64,000 nt of DNA, taken from assembly GCF_009914755.1 (NCBI RefSeq), contig NC_060925.1; one strand, written 5' to 3'. Within the stretch, counting starts at the first letter, position 1. Each line of letters starts with the position of its first letter. The position numbers and the translations under genes were made by a program. Positions 14,631 to 29,232 of the stretch are shown here, piece after piece. The notes beneath the pieces are model-generated. The model searched no databases and was not told the origin of the DNA. It saw only the letters and a list, made by a program, of their open reading frames with translations. Origin of the DNA: the human T2T-CHM13v2.0 reference genome, Homo sapiens.

Positions 14631-14729
14631 TGATGGTGGCCCAACTCAGAGAAAAGTTTCCAACTGGCTCTGTTCTGTTCCATCTTCACACCCAGTTACC
14701 CTACATCAGCTGTTTTCAAGATGTAGTCC

Positions 14730-15190
14730 TGTCTTAGTCCATTTTTTACTGCTTAAACAGAGTACCACAGACTGGGTATAAAGAAAAAGAAAAAAATCTC
14801 TGGGTATAAAGAGATTTCTTTTATATAGAAGAGAGATTTTCTTGACTCAAGGTTCTGGAGGCTGGCAAGTCCAAGATCAAGGGGCCACATCTGGTGAGGA
14901 CCTTCATGTTTCATCACAACATGGAAGAAGACAACCCGTGATGAGAAAAAGCAAGGGACGGCAAAAACGCATGACACACTCTGTGAGAGGGAGAAATAGG
15001 AGCAGACCTCATCCTTTTATTAGGGGCCCACTCCTGCAATAACTAACCCGCTCCCATGGTAATGGCATTAATTTATGCGTGAGGGCAGAGCCCTCATGAC
15101 CCAATCACCTCTTAAAGTCCCCACCTTCTAATATTATTACATTGGCAATTAAATTTCTACACAAGTTTTGCAAGGAACATTTAAATAGCA
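14730..15190 (-). mobile_element. MaLR LTR (MST/MLT1A-type)
   Basis: TGTCTTAGTCCAT...TTCTGGAGGCTGGCAAGTCCAAGATCAAGG...GGCAGAGCCCTCATGACCCAATCACCTC. Confidence 0.85.
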
Positions 15191-15500
15191 GGTCCCTAGG
15201 CACCTGGGGGTTGCTGAGGCACTTTCAGGAGGTCTGCAAAGTCAAAATGATTTTCATTAATTCATAAAATTACTAAGACATTGTTTGTCTTTGTCACAGT
15301 GTTGACATTTCCAGCAAGGATACAAACAGTAGTGTGAGGCTGTGGCATGGAGCTGTAACCGTGGCATCATGTTCTTCACCATTGTGCCCTTGGAGAAAAA
15401 AAAAAAAAAAAGCCAGTTTTGTTTAGGAATATCCTTTTTGAAACAGTAAGGAATATTAATTTTATGAAATCTTGACTCTTCATACACAAAAAGTGTAAGT
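15191..15500. mobile_element. Charlie1-type DNA transposon fragment
   Basis: CTTTCAGGAGGTCTGCAAAGTCAAAA...TACTAAGACATTG resembles the Charlie1 end. Confidence 0.6.
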
Positions 15501-15999
15501 GCTGCTGCCTCACATTCTGACCAAAAGACCCCCACCATCTGTTCATAGAGCTTACGAGTCCCCATTACTATGGGCTGTGGGTAGTGCCCTAGCTCAGTGA
15601 GGGCCCACACCGTAGACAGTTCTGTGTTTTCAGTCCCTGGTCCTTGCAAGCCAAGAGAAGAGCCTTTTCCCTCTTACAAAGACCCTAAGTCCTTCCACTC
15701 TTTCCTCTCCTAACCAAGTTGCCTTTCACCTTTTGCTCACCCTTCCTAACACTGGTCCTAACTAGTTCTTGAAAGCAGAAAACCTCACTCTGCAGGCACT
15801 CAACAGACATCCTTATCTGGCCTTGAGTTTTGCTGCATCTTTGAGTTATTGTTTCTATTTGGGGTGGCCTAGAGGAAGAGAAACCACTACATGGGACCCA
15901 AAAGCAGAGGGGTCAGAAAATGCACAGAAAGTACATGAATATTTCACATAACACTTAGCTGCACTTGCAATTCAGAACCCTGACTGTTCAGATGGTCTG

Positions 16000-16380
16000 T
16001 GGATGCTCCTCTCAGCCCCTGACCCACATCCAGCCTACCCTGGATCCACCTCCTTCTACCTGGAACATCCCCCTCACTTGTTGCTCAGCTATCTCCTGCT
16101 TTCAACTCAAATCCCACTGAGCTTAAAAGCCACTTTCTCAAAGAGGTTTTCTTCCAGGTTTCACTCTAAATTAGGTCACCTCCTCTGCTACAGTACCCTG
16201 TCCTTTCCCTTCATAGATAGCATTCATCACAATTTTAATTTTATATTTATCTGTGTGTGTTTCTTTATTATTTGTCTCTCTCAGTAGATCATGGCCACCA
16301 GGAGGGCAGGACCTTGTCTGTTCTGCTCAGTACTATATACCCAACAAGGAAGTGCTCAATATTAATTTATTTTAAAAATT
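16000..16380 (+). mobile_element. L2 3' end
   Basis: GAGGGCAGGACCTTGTCTGTTCTGCTCA...GTGCTCAATA. Confidence 0.75.
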
Positions 16381-16409
16381 AAGGAGAATAGGGCTATAAC
16401 TAGTACTCT

Positions 16410-17060
16410 TTTTAGACCTTTCTTTTTTCTAATGTATGCATTTAAAGCCACAAGTTTCCCTCTAAGCCCTGCTTTAGCTGCATTCTATAAACATTGACAG
16501 GTTCATAAATTGTATTTGCATTATCATTTCAGCTTAAATACTTTCTAACTTCACTCTTGATTTCTTCAGTGATACATAGATTATTTAGAAGTATATGGTT
16601 TAATTTCAATATCTTGAGTTCCTAAATTGTATAGCATTGTTATTGATTTCTAATATAATTACATGGTGGTCAGAGAACATACTCTATATAATTTCAATTA
16701 TTTGACATTTATTGAGACTTGTTTTATGTTTTGTGGCCCAGCATATGGGCTATATGGGTGAACACAGCTTACACACCTGAAAAGAATATAGATTCTGCAG
16801 TTGTAAGATGTAATATTCTATATCAATTAGGTCAAGGTGGTTGATTGTGTTGTTCAGATCATTTACAACTTTATTGCTTTTCTGTCTAATTGTTCTATCA
16901 ATTGCTGAGAGAGGGGTTTATACTTATATTTTGAAGCTCTGTTATTAGGCACATACACATTTACATTTGCTGTGTCTTCCTGGTGAATCCATCCGATCAT
17001 TATGAAATGTCTCTTTTATATCTCTGGTAATACCTTTTGTCTTAAAGTCTGTTTTGTCTG
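16410..17060 (-). mobile_element. L1M ORF2 endonuclease-region fragment
   Basis: GCATTTAAAGCCACAAGTTTCCCTCTAAG...GTGGTCAGAGAACATACTCT. Confidence 0.85.
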
Positions 17061-18372
17061 CATGTTCCTCTCTCTTAAGCTGATGTAAAATAGCACCATT
17101 TAAACTCCCACTTTTCTACATTCTCCCTCAATTTTTATCTCTGTCTTGTTCTCTAATCTCAGTGCAGGGCTGAAACAAATTAGAAAAGTGATATGAACCA
17201 AAAAGATTATTTTCTCTAATGCTGAAAGGAGAGGTATAACCAAGAGGCTGGTCCAGCTCCCATTTTCATCTCTGATGCAGCCATCACTCACCAAAGAGAT
17301 AAGCTGCACAGCCTCCCTGTTCCCCAGGCTTTCCTCTGAAAGTTTTTCCCCCGATCATGAAAAGCAACTCTACCCATTTCTAACATCTTTATGTGTTTGA
17401 CTTTATTAAACTTGGGGCTTTCAATAATGCATGAAAAGGAAATCATTTCATGGCTAATAAAGCAGTTGGAAGACAAACTTTGACTAGAGCATCTAACTGT
17501 GAACACAATCGATGCAACTTTAACAAGCATTTCAGTCTGCTATAGATTCAGGGGAGACTTTCATAGCACTCTGAGGAAATCAGGTGCAAGGTTAACCATG
17601 ATTTTTCTTCTGTTTGAACTTTTCAGAACATCTATTCCTGTTACGGGAAACAGCTGGCAATATAGATTTTTAGACGATAACACAGAAGACCCACAGAAGT
17701 TCCTCTAAACATTCTAGTTAATGAAAATTTGGGATTTTTATTTTTTTCACTAAATTGCTGTAGTTTGATTGCTGAAGGAACCTATTGCTAGTCTTAGATT
17801 GTTTTCAGTCTTCTTGAAAATCTCCAATGCCAATACTGGATGCCTAATGTCATTAAAAATAAATCCAAACCAATTTCCACATGGGATGGACTTTAAATAT
17901 CATATCTTATTATCATAGGCACCTTCATGAATGTTTGTGACAGGCAGCTACCTAGATGATGGGATTTGAGAGGGTCACAAAAGCCCTAACAGTATCAAAC
18001 TGTCCCTCATCAGTTACTCTCTTGAATGAGACATTTTCTTCAGAAGGCTCCTGTTAGAGCTCACCTGCCACCTCTGCACAAGTAATATTAAAATGTACCA
18101 ACATATTGAATGTTTGTTTATCTGATCAGTTAGTGGTTCACTATGCATGGGTCCCCATCACACTGCAAAGAATTTTTGCTGTAAACCCCTCTGTTTAGTG
18201 CTTTGCTCTTCTCTCTAGGTAGCTCTGTGGTTTCCACTCTCACCACAAAACAGAAAATGTGAAAATGCATAATATACATCTCCAGCTCTGGCCTCTTTTT
18301 CTAAATAATGCATTCTCATCTCTGGCTTCCAAATGGTCATTCTCACTAGGCTACAATTAGCTGAAACCTAAC

Positions 18373-18946
18373 TGCAATGGCTAATTTTGTGTCAACTTGA
18401 CTGGGCTAAAAGATGCCCAGATATCTGGTGAAACATTATTTCTGGGTGTGTTTCTAGGGGTGTTTCTAGAGAATATTTGCATTTGAATTGGCAGACTGAG
18501 TAAAGAAGGTGGCCCTCACCAATGTGGGTAGACACCACCCAATTCATGGAGGGCCTTAATGGTACAAAAACAGGAAGGAAGGGTGAATTCTCTCTCTCTC
18601 TCTCTCTCTTTAGTTAGGACATCCATCTCCTTCTACTGCCAGATATCAGAGCTCCTGGTTCTCAGGCCTTCAGATTTTGGGATTTACACTAATGGTCCCC
18701 CTGGGTTCTCAGGTCTTCAGCTTTGGACTGAATTACACTACCGGCTTTCCTGGTTCTGCAGCTTGCAGATTACATATCTTGGAACCTCTTGGCTGCCGTA
18801 ATCACATAAGCCATAATAAATCTCCTCTCTATCTATCTATCATCTATCTATCTATCTATCTATCTATCTACCTATCATCTCTCGCTCTATCCATCCATCC
18901 ATCTATCCCATTGGTTGTGTTTATCTAGATAACTCTGATTAACTAA
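18373..18946 (+). mobile_element. MLT2 (ERVL) solo LTR containing (TCTA)n/(TCCA)n at about 18826-18906
   Basis: ATGGCTAATTTTGTGTCAACTTGACTGGGCTA...AAACATTATTTCTGGGTGTG hallmark. Confidence 0.9.
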
Positions 18947-19422
18947 CTTTCCAAAACAAAATTCATTATCACTTCCACACTAATAAGCCCTAATTTATTC
19001 AGTGAATTATCATTTTTTCAGCCACAATAGGACTCCCCTCCTCCTCTCTCATTGAGGAAGCCACAAAGCTCCATTTCTTCCTTTCCAGGTCTAGTATCCC
19101 CCAACAATAAGAAAGCAGGAGTTCTGAGGGACAGGTGGTGAGTGGACAAGAAGTCAGTAATTGTGAGAAATGCCCTCTATGGGCCAGACATCATATCAGG
19201 TATGAAGACCCAAAAGGCTTATGGCCTTAGAGAATGACCAGTAAATCCACAAAAATATCTGGGGTGCCACTGTGGGGCCCAGCAACTGGATTACAGAGAA
19301 AGCATCCTGAAGGAAGTGATGTTTCCATTAAGGGCTGAAGGCAGAATAGGAATTAGCCTGCTGAATGGAGGCATAAAGGCACCTTAGACAAAGGAATAGC
19401 ATGAGCAAAGGCATGAAGGTAA

Positions 19423-19746
<324 letters not shown>

Positions 19747-19995
19747 ATTTCTGAATCTTAAAGATCAAGTTGCAGAGTGGACGACGTGGGAATGTGGAGG
19801 TGGCAGGAATTGAGACTGAGGAAGCAGCCAGTGGTCAAATTATGAAGGACCTATTGACACACCTTTGCAATTTTCTTATAAAAACCAAAGTTTTAAGCAA
19901 TAAGATTATAAATTCATATTGGCATTTTGGATAGATACCACTGGAAGCAGTGTGAAGCAGAGAGAGGGGAACAAGACTGGAGGCAGGGAAACCAT

Positions 19996-20463
19996 GTGTG
20001 ATAGATTGAATTATTAGTCCTAATTCTTCACTTCACTATAGTAACATTACACATCCACACCTCTTCCATGTCCTCATGGTGGGTGCCATTCATTTCCCAC
20101 ATGTTGTCTTTGGACTCAGTTTGGCCAGTAGGATATTAACAGGCATGGCACAAGTAGAGATTTGAAATGTGCCTGCATGTTTGAGTTAATGCACTTGTGC
20201 TCCTGCCTTCCACGATGAGAAGAACATGTCGCTGCATGCCTCTGGTGTCAATAATCCCAGAAGGATGACAGACAAATGGGGCAAACTTAAACCCAACATG
20301 CAGTTGGGACTTGAGGCAGGTCCAGCCAAGCCCAATCCAAGGTTATTGAACCACAGCCAACTTGTAGGCACTCAGATGAGGAAGAAATGCTTGTCATTGT
20401 AAATCCCTGGGTTTGGGGGTGGTTAGTTTCAAGAATTATTGCTTCAGTAACTAATTTACATAC
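19996..20463 (+). mobile_element. MLT1 MaLR LTR
   Basis: TGTGATAGATTGAATTATT...AAATGCTTGTCATTGTAAATCCCTGGGTTTGGGGGTGGTT. Confidence 0.7.
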
Positions 20464-20614
20464 CAGTTAAGAAGGTATTGAAAGAGGAACAAAAAGAAAA
20501 AAGAAAAAAAAAATAAGAGGATGATAAGGACTTAAAATAGGGTAATGGCAATAAAGATAAGAAAGAAGTAAATCGATGAAACACCTAAAAGGTAGAATCT
20601 AAAAGACAGGGTAA

Positions 20615-20920
20615 GTGGGGCACGGGGCTCATGCCTATAATCCCAACACTTTGGGAGGCCGAGGAGGGCAGATCATAATGTCAGGAGTTCGAGACCAGCC
20701 TGGCCAATATGGTAAAACCCTGTCTCCACTAAAAATACAAAAATTAGCCAGGCAAGGTGGCACACACCTGTCATCCAGCTTCTTGAGAGACTGAAGCAGA
20801 ATTGCTTGAACCCGGGAGGCGGAGGTTGCAGTGAGCCGAGATTGTGCCACTGCATTCCAGCCTGCATGACACAGCGAGACTCTATCTTGGGAAAAATAAA
20901 TAAATAAATAAATAATAAAA
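20615..20920 (+). mobile_element. Alu with TSD AAAAGACA(G/C)GGTAA
   Basis: Alu body, (TAAA)n tail, matching flanks. Confidence 0.96.
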
Positions 20921-22129
20921 GACACGGTAACTGATTGGATATGGAAAGTAAGTCAAGGAAGCCTCTTGGGATCCTAGCTGAGACAACTGAATGAATGGAG
21001 ACAAATGTCACCAACTGAGTTGAGGGATGTAAGAGGGATGAAGAAGAAGCATATTCGGTTAGATGATGACTCTAGTTTTGATATGGGGAGCTTGAGCAGC
21101 CTGTCGGGTATCCAAGTGGAAATGACTGGAAATCTATTAGAAAAGAGGGAGAGGGATGTAATGAACTTGGTTTGGTTTGGTTCGGTTTCTGCTCTGCATC
21201 TTATGAACCTACTTTATATGCCAGAGGCTCTCCCATTGTATGGATTTGGTCGGAGACATCACACCCACTAATTCTCCAAAAGTCCAAAAGGCCAGATACT
21301 TACTCTCCATGACATCTGAGGTCATGAGTCACATGACCCAAGTATTGCCAATCAGCTAATTCTGCTCAATGCTTTGTTCATTAGTGAAACAAAAAAGCAG
21401 GGGATAGCTGAAATTTCATTCAAATGACGCCAGTGGTAACATCCAGCGTCCTGTGTTGGTCCAAGCAGGAGTTTCTGCATCCTGTGGGGGTGGCCATAGT
21501 ATACCCCACCCCATCCTACCCTGGCTCCTGCTCATTTTCTAAACCTGGTTCTCCAGCCCCACTGCAGTCTCTGTGAGCTATCCAATATCCTCCCTAAATC
21601 ATTTCCTTTTCTGATTAAGTCATCCAAAGTGGGTTACTGTTGTTTGCACTGAAGAACCCCAACTAGTAAAGAAATTTACAACAAGACAGAGCCACAAGGA
21701 AATGGAGAGTTTGCCGGAAGATTGGTTATAAGTCTAGTCAGAATACTAAAATCCAGTTGATATTCAGGGAATCTGGCAGTCAGTGGCTCACAGTGGTAAA
21801 TTGCTCAAATTAAATGCTCACTTATAGTCACCTGGAATGAAGAATTCATTAAGGCAAAACTTTGAAGACCATATCGCTACTTGCATAGAATGAAATGAAG
21901 AGCTTGAGTCATACAGACTGTTGTAAATGTAGCTTTTCCCAAGAGAACAAGAGAGTTAAAAAAAAAAAAAAAAAAAGAAGACAAGCTTAAATCTCTAAAT
22001 GTCCAACTCAAAGACTTTCCAGTAATGTGCTAAAATGATATCTTATTTACAGTCTTTTAAGGCTAGCATAGCTGAAAGCCAAGCACAGAAGTGCATTGCC
22101 AAATTTCAACATCTGCTGAGGTGACATAC

Positions 22130-22702
22130 TGAAGCAGCTACATGGTCCAGGGTATACACCCTGGGGTTCGTCATCTCGCGCCGGGAAAATTTAGGACAGG
22201 GAGACACACGAGGAGTTTAGGAGCAGAGATTTAATAGAGAGAAGAGAAGAGAAATAGAAACAGCTCTCTCTCTAGAGAGGGGTCTCCCAACAGAAAATGA
22301 CCAGCTGGTGGAGGAGGCACTGGGTTTTATAGTCCAGCTTGAGGAGATGTCGCCTGATTTACGTAGGGCTCACAGATTGGTTGGATCAGGTATGATGTTT
22401 ACACAGCCCCGGGGAAGGCTGGCTACCCTGCCCTAATCTTATTATGTAAATGAACTCTCCTGCTGACCCGTGCCACCTTGTCCCCTTTTTACTGTACACG
22501 TGGCTGATAAAGAGAAGGGAAGATGGGGCCACCATTTTGAACATGATTGGCACAACTGCCGGTATCTATCAGCTCAATTTTACAGGCTGCTCTTTGTTAG
22601 AAGGGAAAATGATTTGGGGCTGCTTTTCATTAAAAGGAAAATCTTACTGAGGACTTCCCTACCCTCACTATCTGCCTAAGTAATTTCTTAACTTCTATAT
22701 CA
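22130..22702 (-). mobile_element. ERV1 solo LTR, LTR9-like
   Basis: Reverse complement begins TGATATAGAAGTTAAGAAATTACTTAGGCAGATAGTGAGGG and ends GCTGCTTCA; flanks ATAC/AAAC. Confidence 0.75.
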
Positions 22703-22764
22703 AAACTCCCTAGGTATGTTATATAAAGGATAGGGCATTGTTCAGAAAGGACTGTGGCCCCTAC

Positions 22765-23050
22765 ATGGGGCACGATGGCTCATGCCTATAATCCTACACT
22801 TTGGGAAGTCAAGGCAGGAGGATCACTTGAGCTCAGGAGTTTAAGACTAGCCTGGACAATATACTGAGACCTCATCTCTACAAAAAAAATTAACTGAGCA
22901 TGGTGTTGCATACCTGTAGTCTCAGCTATTCAGAAAGCTGAAGTGGGAAGATCACTTAGCCTGGGAGGTTGAGGCTGCAGTGAGCCAAGACTGCACCACT
23001 GCACTCCATCCTGGACGACAGAGAAAAACCATGTCCCCGCCCCAAAAAAA
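22765..23050 (+). mobile_element. Alu (AluJ-like)
   Basis: Diverged Alu with J-type GAGGCTGCAGTGAGC. Confidence 0.93.
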
Positions 23051-23369
23051 GACAGCGACCCCCAAAATTGTAATAAGGACATTTGGGAAGATCTCGGAGA
23101 CTCATAGAACACCAAACATGGAACCCTCCGGGTCTCTCTTGCCAGCTAAAAGGCATGTCCCTCCCTTGTCTGATGAAGCTGCTCCTGCGTAGTTTGAAGA
23201 TGCTCTAACTCTGTGCACAGACTTCCTCACAGAAAGAAGCCAGCTCTGCTCATGCCTCTTTCCTCCACGCCGTCACTCATGGCTCATAAGTCTGTAAATA
23301 GAGTCAGACTCTCGCATGACCTGGAAGCAGGAAGTGGAGCTTTTGATTACTTAAAAAGTTAAATCCCCA

Positions 23370-23770
23370 CCAAAAGACTCAGATAAGCAGATTCTAAGGT
23401 GGAGATTAGCAAGCAAGACCTTTATCAGGAAGTGAGCTTGAGACCACCCCTGTGGAGCAGAAGGGACAGAAGCAGCCTTGGGCAAGGAAGCAGTTGTGCT
23501 GTGCGCACAATTAGCATAGCTCTGGAGCTAGATGGTCATTTAGAGCTCTTCTGAGTTGGAACCAAGGAGCCAGCCTTTGTTAACCCAACTTTGACCAGTC
23601 GTTGGATGTGGCTGCTTCATGATGGGGACATGACCTTGGGCTAGGGACATTTCTTCACTCAAGGCATCCCCAGAGTGAGCTGCTGGCTGAGGGCCCACTC
23701 CCAGCAGCTGGGAGAGTAAGTCCTTCATTTCTGAGAGGGGATACAGTGGTGCACCACAGTGTCCAGCACC
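23370..23770 (-). mobile_element. LTR16-type ERVL LTR
   Basis: CCAGTCGTTGGATGTGGCTGC...CCCAGCAGCTGGGAGAGTAAGTCCTTCA...GCACCACAGTGTCC. Confidence 0.7.
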
Positions 23771-24429
23771 GTGCATTATTTTAAATCAGCCTGAAATTAA
23801 TCAGGAGTATGCTCACCAGAAATCAGGAGACAGTGTGCTATCTCCAGCCATTGCAAGTGGCCCTAATTGCTGCCTGTCAGTTGTTTTGAAATGTGGGCTC
23901 AACAGTGGCTCATGTGAAATGAAATTCCATGAAACAATGGAAGAAATAATCCAAAAATTTCGGAATATAGAAGTGCTGGAGAGGATTTATCATGTGTCAC
24001 CTACCCATTCATCTGCTAATTCTCTCTCAAGAGGGCCCAGAAGAGGGCCCAGATTGGTGAGGGAGCACCTCTATCTCTGAGAAGCAGTCTTGTGACTGAT
24101 TTCCGTAAACTAAAGATGCAATTGTAAGCAGTTGAAATGGGATCCCTGATTTTAATGGAAAAGGAAAGATACCAGAATAGCAGAAGCTGATTTCAGGCAC
24201 TTAACTACAAAAGACAAGATAATCATGGTAGTTATAATAGACAAGAGGGCTGGAATGGTAATAAAAATGATCCAACCTGACTTGATGGGGGCTAACTGAT
24301 GAAGTCTGGGGTAGAAATTGAAGTTCTCCATCAATATCCACTCTCTTGTTCTCTCTAACCCAGCCTCCTTTCAGCTGATATGGTTATATAACCAGCTCTG
24401 GCCAATGAAGTGAAAGAAGAAAGGTGGGC

Positions 24430-24826
24430 TATCTTCATCCATTGTGCTGCTATAACAAAATACCTGAGACCGGGTAACTTGTGAAGAACAGGAATTTATT
24501 TATCACAGTTCTGGAGGCTGGGAAGTTCAAGATCAAGGCACCAGTAGGTTTGCTGTCAGTGAGGGCTGCTCTCTGCTTCCAAGATGGTGCCTTGTTGCAG
24601 CATCCTCCAGAGGTGAAAAATGCTATGTCCTCACATGACAGAAGGGCAAAAAAGGGCCAGACTCTCTGTGAAGGCTCTTTTATGAAGGCTTTATTCCTAT
24701 TCACAAGGGAGAAGCCCTCATGATCTAAGCATCTCCCAAAAGGCCCCACCTCTTAATACTGCCACTATGAGGATTAAGTTTCAATATGTAAATGTTGGAG
24801 GGGACACCATCACTCAAACCACAGCA
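24430..24826 (-). mobile_element. MST-type MaLR LTR inserted into an older MLT1 LTR (about 24330-25120)
   Basis: MST hallmarks; 5-bp TSD TGGGC/TGGGT. Confidence 0.85.
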
Positions 24827-25119
24827 TGGGTCATCTCCAGGACATGCCCTTAAAGGAGGTGGGGAGGATACCATCTTCACTCCCTTCCTCCATCCTACTG
24901 TGTGGAAGGAACATGGGGGCAAGTTGTCTTTGGTTGGGGGGTCACCTGAGGGATGGTGGAGCAACCAGAGAGAGTCTGGGACAATTTTGGAATGCGGAGC
25001 TGCCATACCAGCCTTAGGCTGTTTATCTTCAGACCATTACATGAAAGCTGGGTCTCTTCTGTCTAAGTCATTGTTGTTTGAGGTCTTCGTTACACCCAGC
25101 AAAATCTGTGTTATCTAGA

Positions 25120-26030
25120 AGTTGGTAGCTAAAAGTGTGGCATTGAGTTAGCAGGTGGCAGGAAACAATCATTGTGGGCTAGGAAATGGTGATGCTGGTT
25201 GGTTTCCCACGGCAAAATATTTGGTCACAGTGTCACCTATAATACATTGGGAGGTATGAACCAAGCTTGTGGTTGTGCAGGAAATGATTAAGACAAAAAT
25301 AAGAACATTGGTATATTTTGGGTGCTCTTTGCTCCCTTTAGAATAACCCAATGAGCTGAATGTGGTGGTGTGTACCTGTAATCCCAGCTACTTGGGAGGC
25401 CGAGGCAGGAGGATTGCTTGAGCCCAGGAGTTCAAGACCAGCCTGGGAACAGAGTGAGACCCCATTTCAATAAACGATGATAATAATTGTCATCATTATT
25501 CTTGAATAACCCCAGGGAGAGAAGATGCTGGGGAGAGCAGCCAGTCTGCAAGGGTGGGTGGAAGAGGGAACAACTCTGCTGAGACGTTCCTTTCTCTGTC
25601 TGCACCCCACAATCTAAGTTGCCTAAGAGTCAAAGATGGGGCTTTGTGGGTCAAAAAACTAAGCTAACTGCTTCTAGTCACTAAACTAAGCATTTGTAAG
25701 TTAAGAGCCACCCTTGTAGCAGGAAATAAGTATGTGGCTCTGGTGCTAAACCTTTCTCAACCGTTCCCAGCAGCCAAGAATGGATTAAGGGTGTTGACTT
25801 CCCTTCCAAGCCTGTTGTTTCAGCTGGCCTCGAGGTAACCACCGTTAAATTGGGAGTGGGGTGAGGAACGAGTTGAGCACAAAGGTCAGTGAGCAAATGG
25901 CCAGAGCCTTCAGGCTTAAAAATCTATGTTTAGACAAGATGGTTCGCTGTTGTTACTAGCACTTTGAACCAACCAGAAGCAAAAAAAAAAGGAAAAGAAA
26001 AAAAGAAAAAAAAACTTTTTAATAAACAGA
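25120..26030 (+). mobile_element. MLT1 internal remnant containing a FLAM-type Alu monomer (25353-25473)
   Basis: GCAAAATATTTGGTCACAGTGTCACCT is MLT-int-like; monomer read directly. Confidence 0.55.
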
Positions 26031-26669
26031 TGGCCAAAGATACACAGCCTGGCCTGAAAAATCTTGTAACTGGTCAACCTTCAAGTCTGTGGCCATTCAA
26101 CCTTTTTACTTAAAAGGGGGTGGGACAGCACTGATGAAAGGGCCAGGCGGTAAATATCTTGGGCTTTGTGGGTCCCATGCCTCTGAACCCACTTCCTATG
26201 TTTGCAGAACGTGTCACTGTGTGAATCATGGTGAGAAGAAGGCCCCTTCCTCCACTAAGACAAATACTTCCTTCCCCTCCCCCTGGCAGCCACAGCATGG
26301 GCAGGGGACCTACATGTGGCCCAGCTCTTGGGCAAGTGATACCAAGAAGCAAGGAAGTTAGAATTCCCTCAGGCAGCTCAGTGGTGTGGCCTTTGCCCAG
26401 CGCCAGTGGTGCCAGCAGCAGTGTCTGTGCCCTCAGAGCGTACAGTAGGTCTCAGTCAGGTTGCCCTGTGGTGTGACCCTGGAGGGGGTCCTGGCCATGG
26501 TTCCCCCACACTCCTGCCCGATTTCTAAGCCTAGTCTCTTCAGCTTTCTTGTCCACTCATGAGAAACCTAGTATCTTTCCAATAATTTCTGTTTCCTGCT
26601 TAAGTTAATCAGTCTTCTGTCATTCTTCTTGCTGTTATTTGAAGCCAAGAATTGTAACTGTTACAGTTA

Positions 26670-27010
26670 CAGATAACTATTTTGTGGCCACAGCACAAAT
26701 GTAGTAGCTAAATCTATGAGGTGGTTTGAAATTGCTCTCAATGAGAGAGAGAGAAATAAGCTGGAGGTGGAATCTCTGGAACAGAAACATTTAAGGGAAG
26801 GAGAGAAAGTGATGTATAAAAGGGGAGTGATAGAGAATGGAACAAGTACAAAGTGAAGAGACATGTACAGAGATGGAGCTCCAAGTTCAGTATTTGGAGC
26901 TGGAATTGTTCTATGTGTAAATAAGATACAAAGTGGGTTGGTGACATTCACAGATGCCACGAAGGGCTATAAGCCAGTAAAGGGTCATTGACATGAACAT
27001 GGAGGTCACG
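26670..27010 (-). mobile_element. L2 fragment
   Basis: AGGTGGTTTGAAATTGC...GAGATTGCTCTCAATGAGAG-type antisense L2 pattern. Confidence 0.5.
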
Positions 27011-27047
27011 TTTTTCAGAGTGAACTCCTTTAATCCAATTTAAGTAA

Positions 27048-27972
<925 letters not shown>

Positions 27973-28911
27973 TGAAATTATTCTCATTGGCAATAATTTT
28001 TTTCATTTAAATTCTAAGATGCTTCATCATCAGCTTTTGGCCCATGGATTCTACCAGTTACAGCATCTGCAACTGGGAATTTTCGTAACCATTTTTTCTC
28101 CAATCAAATTTTGTAAATTTGGTCAAGTAGATTTATTCTGTTTTACTCAGTGACAAATTTTATCCAGTGTAGTTTCCATCACTGACAGTTTCATTTAGTG
28201 ATATTTAGAATGAATTGAATACACCCTGAGAACTTGCATCTATTTGTATTTCTCATGGGTTAACCCATGAGAAAACTGTGAATGGTTTTATGATATAGAG
28301 AGAAGCAGAGATGGGAGAGACATGGGCGGGAAGGGGAAGGGAGGAAAGGAGAAGGGAGGGGAAGTCGAGTGAGACCCAGAGGTAGGGAGGGGAAGCCACC
28401 CTCTGTCCCGTCTTTAATCACCAAGGATTTAACCACCAGCATCAGGGGGTCTCTGCTTGGACACTTAGTAGAGTTGCATCTCTGGGTTCCCATGAGGCTG
28501 AAAGGGTAGAGAATCTTGTTCAGGCAGGGAGTTGTGAGCCAAGCCCACCTGCCCCTTGGGCCAGAGCCTGCAGTTGCTGATGGGACCCGCCAGAGCTCTC
28601 TGGTCTCTGACCCAGCACCCAGCAATGTCCCACAACTGGCGGCCCCATTAGTCTGGGCCTCCAAGCAAGCACAGCACAGAGCAGAGTGAGGCACATGGAA
28701 TGTTTATGGGAAATAAACCACGACTGGTTTAACATGAGCCACTGGAATATGGGGGCTATTTATTAAGGCAGCATAACCTACCTATTTCAACTGACATCGA
28801 GAGCTGTGTAGTTTTGCACAAGTCTTTAACCTCTCTGATTACCAGTTTTCTCATGTAGAAAACAGAGAAAACAGTACTTAACTTGCTTGTTGTGAGAATT
28901 TATTAAATTTA

Positions 28912-29232
28912 GGCTGGGCGTGGTGGCTCACACCGTAATCCCAGCACTTTGGGAGGCCAAGGGGGGTGGATCACTTGAGGTCAGGAGTTAGAGACCAGCC
29001 TGGGCAACATGGCGAAACCCCATCTCTACAAAAAATACAAAAAAAAAAAAAATAGCCATGGGGCATGGGGGCACGTGCTTATAATCTCAGTTACTCAGGA
29101 GGCTGAGGCAAGAAAATCGCTTGAACCCAGGAGGTGGAGGCTGAGTGAGCCGAGATCGCGCCACTGCACTCCAGCCTGGGCAACAGAGTGAGACTCCGAC
29201 TCAAAAACAAAAACAAAAACAAAAACAAAAAA
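28912..29232 (+). mobile_element. Alu inserted in a MIR (about 28800-28905 and 29240-29300)
   Basis: Alu body; MIR core TTTAACCTCTCTGATTACCAGTTTTCTCATGTAGAAAA. Confidence 0.93.

Larger units (their letters stand above)
21160..24320 (+). mobile_element. Old ERVL LTR (about 21160-21670) plus decayed internal sequence, interrupted by later insertions
   Basis: LTR 3' end TTTCCTTTTCTGATTAAGTCATCCAAAGTGGGTTACTGTTG followed by ERVL gag-like decayed sequence. Confidence 0.5.

Noticed and set aside
17100-18100. TE-poor stretch, also 11460-12330, that might be conserved non-coding DNA
   Set aside because: Conservation cannot be judged from one sequence and no distinctive motif stands out
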